Below, in pieces: positions 32,695-42,059 of a stretch of DNA of 64,000 nt. A program made the translations under genes and the position numbers. How positions within the stretch are numbered: the first letter of the stretch is position 1; every line of letters begins with the position of its first letter. Origin of the DNA: Kiloniellales bacterium (GTDB taxonomy: Bacteria; Pseudomonadota; Alphaproteobacteria; Kiloniellales; JAKSDN01); assembly GCA_041617155.1 (NCBI GenBank), contig JBFJPL010000005.1, positions 2,564-66,563 on the forward strand, written 5' to 3'. The notes below the pieces were generated by a model. That model searched no databases. It saw nothing but the letters and a program-made list of their open reading frames with translations, and had not been told where the DNA came from.

Positions 32695-33709
32695 TGCGGC
32701 CGAGTTGCCGCTCCCGAGCTTCGCCGACATCGAGGCGGCCGCGGCCCGCCTGGCCGGTCAGGCCGTGGTCACCCCGCTGCTGGAATTCCCGGCGCTGAAC
32801 AGCGAGCTTGGCGGGCGGGTCTTGATCAAGCCGGAGACACTACAGCGCACCGGATCGTTCAAGTTCCGTGGCGCCTACAACAAGATCACTCAGCTGCCGC
32901 GAAAGGCGAGGGCCGCCGGCGTGGTCGCCTACTCGTCTGGCAACCACGCCCAGGGCGTCGCCGCGGCCGCGGCCTTACTGGGTGTGCCGGCAGCCATCGT
33001 GATGCCGTCCGACGCGCCCGCCATCAAGATCGACAACACCCGCGGCTATGGCGCCGAGGTGGTCCTCTACGACCGTTACCAAGAGGTTCGCGAGGGTGTC
33101 GCCAAGGCGCTTGCCGAGCAACGTGGCGCGACCCTCGTGCCGCCCTATGACGACCCGGACATCATCGCCGGCCAAGGCACCTGCGGGCTTGAAACCGCGC
33201 GCCAGGCGGCAGCCCTCGGTGCCCGGCTGGACGCCATGCTGGTGTGCTGCGGTGGCGGTGGGCTGGTCTCCGGCACGGCGCTGGCGATGGCCGAGCTGAG
33301 CCCGGAAACCGCGCTCTATTCGGTCGAGCCCGACGGCTTCGACGATACCGCCCGATCGCTTGCCGCTGGCCGGCGGCTCGAAAACGCGCCCGACGCGCGA
33401 TCGTTCTGCGATGCGCTCCTAGCGCCGACGCCGGGCGCTCTCACGTTCGCCTTGAACCGGCGCCTGCTGGCCGGCGGTTTGGCGGTGAGCGATGCGGAAG
33501 CCGGCGCGGCCATGGCCTACGCCTTCCGTCACCTCAAGCTGGTGGTCGAGCCCGGCGGCGCGGTGGCCTTGGCCGCCGTGTTGAGCCGCCGGTTCGACGT
33601 GCGTGGCAGAACCGTCGCGTTGACGCTGTCCGGGGGCAACGTGGATCCCAAGATTTTTGCGGATGCCGTTACCGGATCGCCGCGACCGACCGGGGCCAGG
33701 TCACTCTGA
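32639..33709 (+). CDS. PLP-dependent threonine/serine dehydratase-family enzyme (no ACT domain)
   Basis: It has the PLP lysine motif GSFKFRGA and a glycine loop GGGGL. ATG 32639 overlaps the previous gene by 56 nt. TTG 32705 is an alternative start. Confidence 0.8.
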   Translation: MTSSPNSTAQGPNAESGADAAELPLPSFADIEAAAARLAGQAVVTPLLEFPALNSELGGRVLIKPETLQRTGSFKFRGAYNKITQLPRKARAAGVVAYSSGNHAQGVAAAAALLGVPAAIVMPSDAPAIKIDNTRGYGAEVVLYDRYQEVREGVAKALAEQRGATLVPPYDDPDIIAGQGTCGLETARQAAALGARLDAMLVCCGGGGLVSGTALAMAELSPETALYSVEPDGFDDTARSLAAGRRLENAPDARSFCDALLAPTPGALTFALNRRLLAGGLAVSDAEAGAAMAYAFRHLKLVVEPGGAVALAAVLSRRFDVRGRTVALTLSGGNVDPKIFADAVTGSPRPTGARSL

Positions 33710-33727
33710 CTAGGAATTCAGGAGGCG

Positions 33728-34168
33728 CTAGGATTTCTTGGGCTTGGACGTGCCGTTCGCCGCCGGTGCGGGCGCGTCAGCCTCGTCGTTGACCGCGGCG
33801 AGCTGGACCTTGGGCGGGTCGGGCTGGGCAACCTTCATACGGCGGAGATTGCCCTCCAAAGTCGCGCCCTGCTCGATCGTCAGGTGGTGATGGACGATAT
33901 CGCCCATGACCTTGGCATTCTTGCTCAAGGCAACGCTTTCGGCCTCGACCTGGCCGACGATAGCGCCAAAAACCCGGAGATCCTTGGCCGCGATCGACCC
34001 CTCGACCTGGGCCTGTTCGCCAATGGTCAGGGTACGGCTTTTCACGTCGCCGACCACCGTCCCGTCCATTTGGATATCGCCCTCTGTGATCAGGTCACCG
34101 GTGATCGTGACGTCACTGGCGATGATGGAGGGCGAGGCGCTCTCGCCACCTTCAACCTTTGAAAACAT
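33728..34168 (-). CDS. Bactofilin (polymer-forming cytoskeletal protein)
   Basis: 146 aa. The repetitive beta-helix pattern IxGD/VxGxV is followed by a P/A/K-rich tail. Confidence 0.85.
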   Translation of the reverse strand: MFSKVEGGESASPSIIASDVTITGDLITEGDIQMDGTVVGDVKSRTLTIGEQAQVEGSIAAKDLRVFGAIVGQVEAESVALSKNAKVMGDIVHHHLTIEQGATLEGNLRRMKVAQPDPPKVQLAAVNDEADAPAPAANGTSKPKKS

Positions 34169-35762
34169 ACTTGCCCGCCTTGAGGAACTTCATCGGATCG
34201 CGCGGCTTGCCATTGACCTGCACCTCGTAGTGGACGTGCGGTCCCGTGCTGCGGCCGGAGCTGCCGAGCAGGCCGATCTTGTCCCGGTGGCCGACCGTCT
34301 GCCCGGCCTTGACCAGGAGCTTGCGCAGGTGGGCATAGCGGGTGCGGATGCCGTGGCCGTGATCGATCACGATCACGCGGCCGTAGCGGCCCTTCCAGCC
34401 GGCAAACACCACCCGGCCGGGCGCCGTGCTCATGACCGGCGTGTGGATCGGCGCGGCCAGGTCCATGCCGTAGTGCGAGGAGGTGCGGCCATTGACCGGG
34501 TCGGTGCGCGGGCCGAAGGTGCTGGTGATCCGGAATTGATCGAGCGGCGCGGTCAACGGGATGCTGCGCACCACCTGCTGCAGTCCCTCCCAACGGTCCA
34601 TCTGCATGTCGAGTAAGGCGGTCGAGGCCTGCAGCGACTGGATCGGGTTTTCCTCGACCACGTAGTCGCCCGGAATGAAGGGGCCACCCTGGCCCACGTT
34701 CAAGCCTTCGATGTCGAGACCGGACAGCAGCGAATTGACGTCGAGGCCGGTCATAGCCACCGTCTGCTCGAAGGTGTCGATGCTGAGCGTCGTACGTTCG
34801 GACAAGCGATCGACGATGGCCTGCTGGGTGTCGCGCATACCGACCAGGCGCTGCTCGAGCCCGGTGATCCGGGTTTGCAGGAAGGAACGCTCCTTCTGCA
34901 GCCTTTCGCCCTGCACACTGGCGACGCCCAGCGAAGACTGCAGCGCGGCAATTTCCATCTCCAGGCTGTCCTGATGACGCTGCGCCTGACCGAGTTGCTG
35001 CTCCAGCCGATCGACGTTCCGGCGCAGCTGCCGCTTGGCGTCGACCAAGTTCCGGCGCGCGCTCTGCGAGTGCTCGAGCTGCTGGTTCAGATCGGCCACT
35101 GTCGTTTCGAGCACGCCACGCGATTTGGAGACCTCCGAGAGTTCGGTCTCGACCTGGCGGAGCCGCTGGGTGACATGACGCTGTGCCTCGACGACCTGGG
35201 CCGCTTCGGCCTCTCCGGGCGCCAAGGTCTCGGCCACCTTCGCCAGCTTCGACTCCAACCCGGGATTGTTGTTCGTGAGCAGGTCCAGATCCGCCTCGAA
35301 CATGGCCAACCGCTCGCGTAGTCCGTCGCGGGCGAGCGCCACACGGGCTCGTTCGGTTTGTGACTTCTTGAGCTGCCATTCGACGCTGGCCAGTTCGTCC
35401 TTCGCCTTGCCGGTACGGGCCAGCAAGGACAGCAGATAATTCTGGTTTTCTTCCAGGTTCCGGGTGATCTGCGTGAACTGCTCGTGATATTCGCTGACCT
35501 CGGTCAGCAGATCGAGATAAGCCAGTCTCTGACGCTCTATCTCGTTGTCCCGGCCGGCCACGATCTGGTTGTGAAACACCACGTTGACGCTGGAATAGGT
35601 CACCCAAGCCGCAGCCGTCAGGATCGCTATGATAACGGAGATCTGCAGGTGGCGGGACACGCGTAGATAGCGTACCCGTCCGTCGGCCCGCAGGAAAAGC
35701 TCCCGTTCAATAAGCAGTCGCTCAGTAATGGCTGAGACCTTTTGTCTGAGTTTGCCGGTCAC
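34152..35762 (-). CDS. Membrane-anchored coiled-coil M23 metallopeptidase
   Basis: GTG start, one N-terminal TM segment (ISVIIAILTAAAWV) and about 300 aa of heptad-rich region. The M23 domain has HYGMD (HxxxD) and HVHYE (HxH). Confidence 0.85.
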   Translation of the reverse strand: MTGKLRQKVSAITERLLIERELFLRADGRVRYLRVSRHLQISVIIAILTAAAWVTYSSVNVVFHNQIVAGRDNEIERQRLAYLDLLTEVSEYHEQFTQITRNLEENQNYLLSLLARTGKAKDELASVEWQLKKSQTERARVALARDGLRERLAMFEADLDLLTNNNPGLESKLAKVAETLAPGEAEAAQVVEAQRHVTQRLRQVETELSEVSKSRGVLETTVADLNQQLEHSQSARRNLVDAKRQLRRNVDRLEQQLGQAQRHQDSLEMEIAALQSSLGVASVQGERLQKERSFLQTRITGLEQRLVGMRDTQQAIVDRLSERTTLSIDTFEQTVAMTGLDVNSLLSGLDIEGLNVGQGGPFIPGDYVVEENPIQSLQASTALLDMQMDRWEGLQQVVRSIPLTAPLDQFRITSTFGPRTDPVNGRTSSHYGMDLAAPIHTPVMSTAPGRVVFAGWKGRYGRVIVIDHGHGIRTRYAHLRKLLVKAGQTVGHRDKIGLLGSSGRSTGPHVHYEVQVNGKPRDPMKFLKAGKYVFKG

Positions 35763-36241
35763 CAGGTCCGTCCTCTCTTCAAACTCACCTGCCGCGCCAC
35801 ATCACTGTTGCGCAGCCCAGCCGCCCTAGGGCGGTTTAGAAGCGGTCAGTCGGTCGAACCTGGCAGTTTCACGTACCTGACGGCACCTCCCCGTCAATCG
35901 TAACGCACTTCAGAAATCAGAACCCCTGTCACTCGGCTGGATTGTCCTCGATCGGCTCCGAAACCCCTTGAAAGCCGAACGGTTCGTCCACCCCTTTTTG
36001 TTGCTGGAAGCCTAGCCAGCGATGGGCGAACAGGCAAGTGATAACTGTGGGGCAAATCTCTGAAAAAGAGCCAGGTTTCTCCTCTTGACAGTTGCGCGGA
36101 CCTAGTAGAAATCGATAAATATAAGAATTTATTAATCCCGCTCGGAGGCATGCAGCCCTTGGATCTACGGGCGATTCCGTTTTCTACCATTGCTTGAATT
36201 TCAGTTTGCGCGGCACGGTTGGCCGCAAACCCAACTCTACC

Positions 36242-38146
36242 TCAGGTTTCCGATCCGGCGGGCACGGCTTCCCGGATAAAGGTCCGTTCGACATAGTCGA
36301 CGATTTTTTGCACGCATAAGTCGATAGACTGCTTTGCGGTGCCGACAGTCAGTTCGGGTTCGAGGGGCGGCTCGTAGGGCGCCGAAATTCCCGTGAATTC
36401 CTCGATCTCGCCAGCCCGAGCCCGGCGGTACAGCCCCTTCGGATCGCGCCGCTCGCAGGTCTCCAGATCGGCCTGGATATAGATCTCGTGGAACCCGGCG
36501 CCGCAGGCGGCCCTGGCCCGGTCGCGATCGGTCTGGTAGGGCGAGATGAAGGCCGTAATGCAGATCATGCCGGCGTCGGCGAAGAGCGCCGCGGTCTCGC
36601 CCACCCGGCGAATGTTCTCCGCCCGGTCCTGGGGCGAGAAACCCAGGTTGGCGTTGAGCCCTCGGCGAATGTTATCGCCGTCCAGCACATAGACATGGAA
36701 ACCCTTCTGGAACAGCCGCTGTTCGACCGCCATGGCCAAGGTCGATTTGCCGGCACCCGACAGCCCGGTGAACCAGAGCACGCCACCGCTGTGGCCGTTG
36801 CGCCGGGTTCGGATTTCCGCCGTGAGCCGGTGCTCGACGCTGGTCAGATTGGTCGATTTTACGGTCAACGCCTGGCGCTGGTCCGGATAGCCCTCCATGG
36901 AAATTACACCGCCGGCCACGGTGTCGTAGCCGTCGATCAGCACGCAGCGTCCGGTTTTGGCAATCGTCCGGAATTCGTCGACGACCAGTATCTGCCGGCT
37001 CCGCAGGATCACCTCGGCCACTGCGTTTCGTTCGACCTGCTGGCCGGGCCGGTTGGCCAGGGTGTCGGTATCGATCACCCGTTCGATCGACTGGACCGTG
37101 ACCCGGGCCTCCTGCGTGGCAATCTTCGCCTTGTATTGCTTGCCGACCTCCAGTGGTTTGTGGGCCAGCCAGAATAGATGGGCGCGAAACACCGTCGTCA
37201 GTTGCGGCGGCCTGTCGAGGCGGCTGGCCACCTCGCCGCGTTCGACGAAAATCTGGTCGTCCAGGGTGATGCCGACGGACTGCCCGGCGCGGGCGGAAAC
37301 CGGCAACTGCTCGACGTTCCAGTCCTCGATCGAGCGGACTTCAGCGGTCTTGTTGGATGGTGAGAACAGCAGGGTGTCGCCGACGCGCAGCGTGCCGGAT
37401 TCGATGCGCCCGGCGAGAATGCGCCGCCGGTCGAACTTGTAGATGTCCTGTATCGGCATGCGCAGGGGTTGCTCGATCGGCCAGGTGACGTTGTCGAAGC
37501 GATCGAGCGCGTCCAGAACGCTCGATCCGGCGTACCATGCTGTCCTCGCGGAGACCGTTGCGACGTTGTCGCCGTCACGCGCCGAAACCGGCACGACGAA
37601 GGCTGGCGTGATTCCGATTTCACCCAGGTATTCCGTGATCTCGCGGCTTACCTCGGTAAAGCGGGTCTCGTCAAAGCCGATCAGGTCGAGCTTGTTGACC
37701 ACGACGGCGACCTGGCGAATGCCGAGCAGATACAGCAGATAGCCGTGACGGCGGGTCTGTTCGCGCACGCCCTCGGCGGCATCGATCACCAGAACCGCGG
37801 CATCCGCGCTGGCGGCGCCGCTCACCATGTTGCGCAGGAACTCGCGGTGGCCCGGCGCGTCGATGATGACGTAGTCGCGCTTGTCGGTCTTGAACCAAAT
37901 CTGGGTGCTGTCGATGGTGACCGCCTGATCCCGCTCGGCCTGGAAGGCGTCGAGCACGAAAGACCACTCGATCGCCGCACCGCGGCGCGCCGAGACCGCC
38001 TTGAGTTCCTCCTCCTTGCCCGGCGGCAGGGAACCGGTGTCGAACAGCAGCCGGCCGATCAAGGTCGACTTGCCGTGATCGACATGGCCGACCACGACGA
38101 TCTTCAGGGGCGGCAGGGCCGTGTGTGCGGTCTGACCGGCGGCCAT
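36242..38146 (-). CDS. cysNC: Bifunctional sulfate adenylyltransferase subunit 1 / adenylylsulfate kinase
   Basis: GTPase motifs GHVDHGKST, DAPGH and NKLD are present. The C-terminal APS kinase has the P-loop GLSGAGKST. ATG 38146 overlaps the cysD stop (ATGA). Confidence 0.9.
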   Translation of the reverse strand: MAAGQTAHTALPPLKIVVVGHVDHGKSTLIGRLLFDTGSLPPGKEEELKAVSARRGAAIEWSFVLDAFQAERDQAVTIDSTQIWFKTDKRDYVIIDAPGHREFLRNMVSGAASADAAVLVIDAAEGVREQTRRHGYLLYLLGIRQVAVVVNKLDLIGFDETRFTEVSREITEYLGEIGITPAFVVPVSARDGDNVATVSARTAWYAGSSVLDALDRFDNVTWPIEQPLRMPIQDIYKFDRRRILAGRIESGTLRVGDTLLFSPSNKTAEVRSIEDWNVEQLPVSARAGQSVGITLDDQIFVERGEVASRLDRPPQLTTVFRAHLFWLAHKPLEVGKQYKAKIATQEARVTVQSIERVIDTDTLANRPGQQVERNAVAEVILRSRQILVVDEFRTIAKTGRCVLIDGYDTVAGGVISMEGYPDQRQALTVKSTNLTSVEHRLTAEIRTRRNGHSGGVLWFTGLSGAGKSTLAMAVEQRLFQKGFHVYVLDGDNIRRGLNANLGFSPQDRAENIRRVGETAALFADAGMICITAFISPYQTDRDRARAACGAGFHEIYIQADLETCERRDPKGLYRRARAGEIEEFTGISAPYEPPLEPELTVGTAKQSIDLCVQKIVDYVERTFIREAVPAGSET

Positions 38147-38940
38147 CACATATAGCCGTCGGCGCGCAGCCGCTCGAAGGCGTCTTCGCGCTCGTGGTCC
38201 ATGGCCCGTCCGGCGCGCTCCGACGTGGTCGTGGCCTCCAACTCCGCAATGATCTCATCGACCGTCGACGCCTTCGATTCGATCGGGCTGGTGATGTCCT
38301 GGTCGCCGAGCGAGCGGTAGCGCTGGCCCTTGCGGGCGAAGTAGAGCGGCACCACGGGTATGTTCTCGCGCTTGATGTAGCGCCAAATATCCAGTTCGGT
38401 CCACTGCAGCAGCGGGTGGACGCGCAGGTGAGTGCCGGGTGGAAAATCGGTCTTGTACTGGTCCCAGAACTCGGGCGGCTGGTCGCGGAAGTCCCACTGC
38501 CCGCTTTCGTCGCGCGGGCTGAACACCCGCTCCTTGGCACGGACCGCCTGCTCGTCGCGGCGGATGCCCAGAATCAGGCCGTTCAAACCGTGCTTTTGGA
38601 CCGCCTGTTTCAACCCGGCGGTCTTGCGCGCCGCCGAGCGCGCCGCCGGCGGCAGGGTGTCGTCCACATCCTCGAGCGGCGGACAGTCCTCGGTCAAGAG
38701 CTCGAGCCCCCACTCGACCGCATAGCGCTTCCGGAAGGCATACATCTCCTTGAACTTCCGGCCGGTATCGACGTGCAGCACAGGAAACGGCACATGGCCG
38801 AAGAAAGCCTTGCGCGCCAGCCAGACCATGGCATTGGAGTCCTTGCCGAGCGACCAAAGCATGGCGAGCGGCTCGATCCGGTTATAGGCCTCGCGCAGGA
38901 TGTAAATCGACTGCGCTTCCAGTTCGTCCAGGCGTTGCAT
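38146..38940 (-). CDS. cysD: Sulfate adenylyltransferase subunit 2 (short form, 264 aa)
   Basis: The start is trimmed to ATG 38940 (MQRLDELEAQSIYILRE). It has the PP-loop SLGKDS. The upstream part of the 594-aa track ORF is antisense to nnrS. Confidence 0.9.
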   Translation of the reverse strand: MQRLDELEAQSIYILREAYNRIEPLAMLWSLGKDSNAMVWLARKAFFGHVPFPVLHVDTGRKFKEMYAFRKRYAVEWGLELLTEDCPPLEDVDDTLPPAARSAARKTAGLKQAVQKHGLNGLILGIRRDEQAVRAKERVFSPRDESGQWDFRDQPPEFWDQYKTDFPPGTHLRVHPLLQWTELDIWRYIKRENIPVVPLYFARKGQRYRSLGDQDITSPIESKASTVDEIIAELEATTTSERAGRAMDHEREDAFERLRADGYM

Positions 38941-39156
38941 GGGTTCCGGGTCGCTTAAGGATCGGCATAGGATCGTCGGCGAGAGGGACAAGGCCTCCCG
39001 GGGTTCGCCGATTAGCGCCTTTGTGGCCCCGAGGCAACCTTTTTCCGCTCGGGAATAGTCACCGTGACATGCCGATGTAGCCTTGACGGTCCGAGCCTTT
39101 CGCGGGATTTCTATAGCGCTAGTCGGCCTCGCGATCAGACCTGGGGAGCAACAGCC

Positions 39157-40359
39157 ATGGCAAGGGCCCGCCCGACCGCATCGGACGGAGGCGACGAGGC
39201 AAGTGCGGCAATCTGGCGGCAGGGATTCCGGCCTTTCTTCCTGGGCGCGGCCTTGTGGTCGGCGGCGGCACTGGCGCTTTGGATCCCGGCCCTGACCCAC
39301 GGTCTGGTCCTGCCCAGCGGTTTCGGCGCGGCGGCCTGGCACGCCCACGAAATGCTGTTCGGTTTCGCCGCCGCGGCGATCGCCGGCTTCCTCTTGACGG
39401 CGATCCCGAACTGGACCGGCCGCCTGCCGATCCAGGGCACCCGGCTCGCCTTTCTGTTCACCCTGTGGGCCGCTGGCCGCATCGCCGTCGCCACCTCGTC
39501 GCTGGTCGGCGAGTGGCTGGCCGCGACAGTGGACGTCGGCTTTCTCGCGACCCTCTGCGCCATGGTTCTGCGCGAGATCCTGGCCGGCCGGAACTGGCGC
39601 AATCTGCCGATGGCTGGCGTGCTGGCCGTGCTCGCCCTGGCCAATCTCACAACCCATCTGGAGCCGCTCGGCCTCGCGGACACCAGCGACCTGGGCCAGC
39701 GCCTGACGATTGCCACCGTCGCGTTCCTCATCACCTTGATCGGCGGCCGGATCGTGCCGAGCTTCACCCGCAATTGGCTGAACAAGCGCAGCGAAACCGC
39801 GTTGCCGAGGACTTTCGGCCGGCTCGACCGCGCGACCGTGGCGGTCACGGCCTTGACCGGCCTTGGCTGGACCCTGCTGCCCGAGTCGGCGTTGACCGGC
39901 GTCCTGGCGCTTGTGACCGCCGCCGCCCAAGGTCTACGCCTTTCCGGCTGGCGCGGCCACAAGACCGGCGCCGAGCCTTTGGTCTGGGTGCTCCATCTTG
40001 GCTATGCCTGGCTGCCGATCGGCTTCGCGCTACTAGGTGTCGCGATCCTGACCGATCTGCTGCTGCCAAGCGCCGCCTTCCACGCCCTGACGGCAGGGGC
40101 CATGGGAACCATGATCCTGGCGGTCATGACGCGCGCCACCTTGGGCCACACCGGCCGGGCGCTGACCGCCGGTCCGGCGACGCTCGCCATCTACGCCCTG
40201 GTCACGCTCGCGGCCCTGCTTCGCCTGCTCGCGCCGCTCTTCGGCGGCGCGGAACTGCCGGTCATGGCCGTGGCCGGCCTGTCGTGGATCGCCGCCTTCG
40301 GTCTTTTCGCCACGGCCTATGGTCCTCTCCTCATTGGTGCCGAGCACCGCAGCGATTAG
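39157..40359 (+). CDS. nnrS: NnrS family haem/copper membrane protein
   Basis: The start is trimmed to ATG 39157. It reads GFRPFFLGAALW...AWHAHEMLFGF...LTAIPNWTG, and 12 hydrophobic segments are visible. Confidence 0.85.
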   Translation: MARARPTASDGGDEASAAIWRQGFRPFFLGAALWSAAALALWIPALTHGLVLPSGFGAAAWHAHEMLFGFAAAAIAGFLLTAIPNWTGRLPIQGTRLAFLFTLWAAGRIAVATSSLVGEWLAATVDVGFLATLCAMVLREILAGRNWRNLPMAGVLAVLALANLTTHLEPLGLADTSDLGQRLTIATVAFLITLIGGRIVPSFTRNWLNKRSETALPRTFGRLDRATVAVTALTGLGWTLLPESALTGVLALVTAAAQGLRLSGWRGHKTGAEPLVWVLHLGYAWLPIGFALLGVAILTDLLLPSAAFHALTAGAMGTMILAVMTRATLGHTGRALTAGPATLAIYALVTLAALLRLLAPLFGGAELPVMAVAGLSWIAAFGLFATAYGPLLIGAEHRSD

Positions 40360-40564
40360 GGCTCCTACGCACAAACGCGGCTCAAGCCGCGGCGCCTCGC
40401 AATTTCCCTTTGGCGGGGGACCCGGATAGGCCAGCCAAGCCTACGCATGGCACGGGTGTGCCAAATGCGGACAACGGAAATGGCCTATCGACCTGCCCCT
40501 TCGCCGGGCCGGGGCTAGACCCTGGGGCAATGACCGGTGCGATCGGAACCTCCCCGTCTCAGGG

Positions 40565-40948
40565 CTACTCGGTCAATACCTTGAGTATGTCGTAGCGGCT
40601 GACCTGCCCGACGAGCTTGCCGTCGCGGAGGACCGGGAAGCGACGGAAGTGGCTGTCGAGAAAATGCTGGGCCGCGCTCACCAGGTCCTGACCCGCGTCC
40701 AGGGTTGTCACGGGCGTGCTCATGAAATCGCGTACCGGTCCGCCCCAGTCGTCGTGATATCGTGTCGAAAAAACGATCTTCAGGCAGTCCTTCTTGGACA
40801 GCATGCCGACCAGGTCGCCGTCGGTGTCCACCACCGGTGCGCCGGAAATCCGTTTGTCGAGGAGAATCCGGATGGCCTCGTGAATGTTCATGTCCGGCGT
40901 GAAGGTAACCAGCCGAGTCGCCATGATGTCGGCGACGGTCCGAGTCAT
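40565..40948 (-). CDS. CBS-pair domain protein, last gene of the nqr-type operon
   Basis: 127 aa. The start ATG 40948 overlaps the nqrM stop (ATGA). Two CBS motifs are present (ISGAPVVD, RFPVLRDGKLVG). Confidence 0.75.
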   Translation of the reverse strand: MTRTVADIMATRLVTFTPDMNIHEAIRILLDKRISGAPVVDTDGDLVGMLSKKDCLKIVFSTRYHDDWGGPVRDFMSTPVTTLDAGQDLVSAAQHFLDSHFRRFPVLRDGKLVGQVSRYDILKVLTE

Positions 40949-41100
40949 CGCTCCTTCCCGGGCCGGCAGAGGGGACAGGCCTTGAGCACAGCGTCTCCGC
41001 CGCACGACCCCTTGAGCGGGCCGCGGCCGAGCAGGACCCCCGCGCCGAGTCCGAGGATCGCCAGCACGATCACCGCGAAGCTGAGCAAGAACAGCGTCAT
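40945..41100 (-). CDS. nqrM: (Na+)-NQR maturation protein NqrM-like, 51 aa (below ORF-track cutoff)
   Basis: Hand translation gives MTLFLLSFAVIVLAILGLGAGVLLGRGPLKGSCGGDAVLKACPLCRPGKER. It has one TM helix, then GSCGG and CxxC, which is the pattern I recall for NqrM/DUF539. ATGA overlaps occur at both ends. Confidence 0.65.
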   Translation of the reverse strand: MTLFLLSFAVIVLAILGLGAGVLLGRGPLKGSCGGDAVLKACPLCRPGKER

Positions 41101-42059
41101 GAAGCGCCTCCCACCGCGAATCCGTTGACGTCCACTTCCTCCAGTCCGCCCGGGCGGCGCATCAGGAACAGCGCGCTGGCGTCGCGAGCCTTGAGCAGCG
41201 GGCGGGCGGCTTCCGGCCCCAGCACCATGGCGGCCGTTGCCAGACCGTCCGCAATCAGCCCCGTCGCGGCCAACACGCTCACCGAGGCGACCCCATTGTT
41301 TACCGGCGTCCGGGTACGCGGGTCCAGAACATGACCATAGCGCCGACTACCAACGGCATAGCCCTGCGCGCCGTCGCCCGACGTCGCCAAGGCGCGCCTG
41401 TCTGCTTCGACGATTCGCTGAAGCATGGTCGATCCCGGCCGTTCGATACCGACACGCCAGGGCCGTCCCGATGGGTGGCGGCCCCGGGCCGCGACCTCGC
41501 CGCCCAGTTCGACCAGGAAATCGAGCCCGTCGAGCGCCTGCACGATCTCGTCCAGCGCGTGTCCCTTGGCGATGCCGCAAAGGTCGAGGCTCAACCCGGG
41601 GCACGCCGTTCTCAGCACATCACCGACGATGCTCAGATCGCGATACCGGCCGCTCGGGCGGGCAGGCGAAATGGCGGGCGGCCCGAAGCCGTAGCGCCTG
41701 CCCAGCGGCGCCGTGGTCGGGTCGAAGGCGCCGTCGCTGTCCCGGGCCAGCTCCAGCGCCGCGCGCGCAACGAGACTTGTCTCGCGCGACACAAAGGTGC
41801 AGCCGGCGGCGTTGAAGCGGGCCAATTCGGAGCCGGAGCGATAGGGCGACATGAGGGCATCAATGCGCGCCACGACCACTTCCAGCCGGGCCCGCGCCCG
41901 GGCCGCCTCGCGCGTGTCGGGCAGCACGAGCCGCCACGCCGAGCCGAAGGCGGGGCCCGTGTGGACGCGCACTTCGGCCGCGCGTGCCGCGGCGGGCAAG
42001 ACGTTCAGCAACGCCGCGCCGCCGGCTATTCGCAGAAGCTCCCTTCGCGTGATCGTCAT
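41097..42059 (-). CDS. apbE: FAD:protein FMN transferase (ApbE family), Tat signal
   Basis: 320 aa. It has an RRELLRIAGGAALL signal, GIAKG, and HVLDPRTRTP motifs. It abuts the nqrF stop. Confidence 0.85.
   Translation of the reverse strand: MTITRRELLRIAGGAALLNVLPAAARAAEVRVHTGPAFGSAWRLVLPDTREAARARARLEVVVARIDALMSPYRSGSELARFNAAGCTFVSRETSLVARAALELARDSDGAFDPTTAPLGRRYGFGPPAISPARPSGRYRDLSIVGDVLRTACPGLSLDLCGIAKGHALDEIVQALDGLDFLVELGGEVAARGRHPSGRPWRVGIERPGSTMLQRIVEADRRALATSGDGAQGYAVGSRRYGHVLDPRTRTPVNNGVASVSVLAATGLIADGLATAAMVLGPEAARPLLKARDASALFLMRRPGGLEEVDVNGFAVGGAS

Noticed and set aside
34090-35607. 505-aa minus-strand ORF overlapping the M23 peptidase gene.
   Set aside because: It is an alternate frame of the peptidase gene with an R/G/P/A-rich composition. 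The peptidase frame carries the catalytic motifs.
36085-36115. Perfect TTGACA as a plus-strand promoter for an sRNA.
   Set aside because: No acceptable -10 lies at 16-18 nt spacing (best is tagaaa at 15 nt), and there is no intrinsic terminator downstream. It is kept only as part of the low-interest intergenic finding.
38941-39930. Upstream 330 codons of the 594-aa ORF that ends as cysD.
   Set aside because: The CysD homology starts at MQRLDELEAQ (ATG 38940). The extension is antisense to nnrS and is Arg/Gly/Pro-rich.
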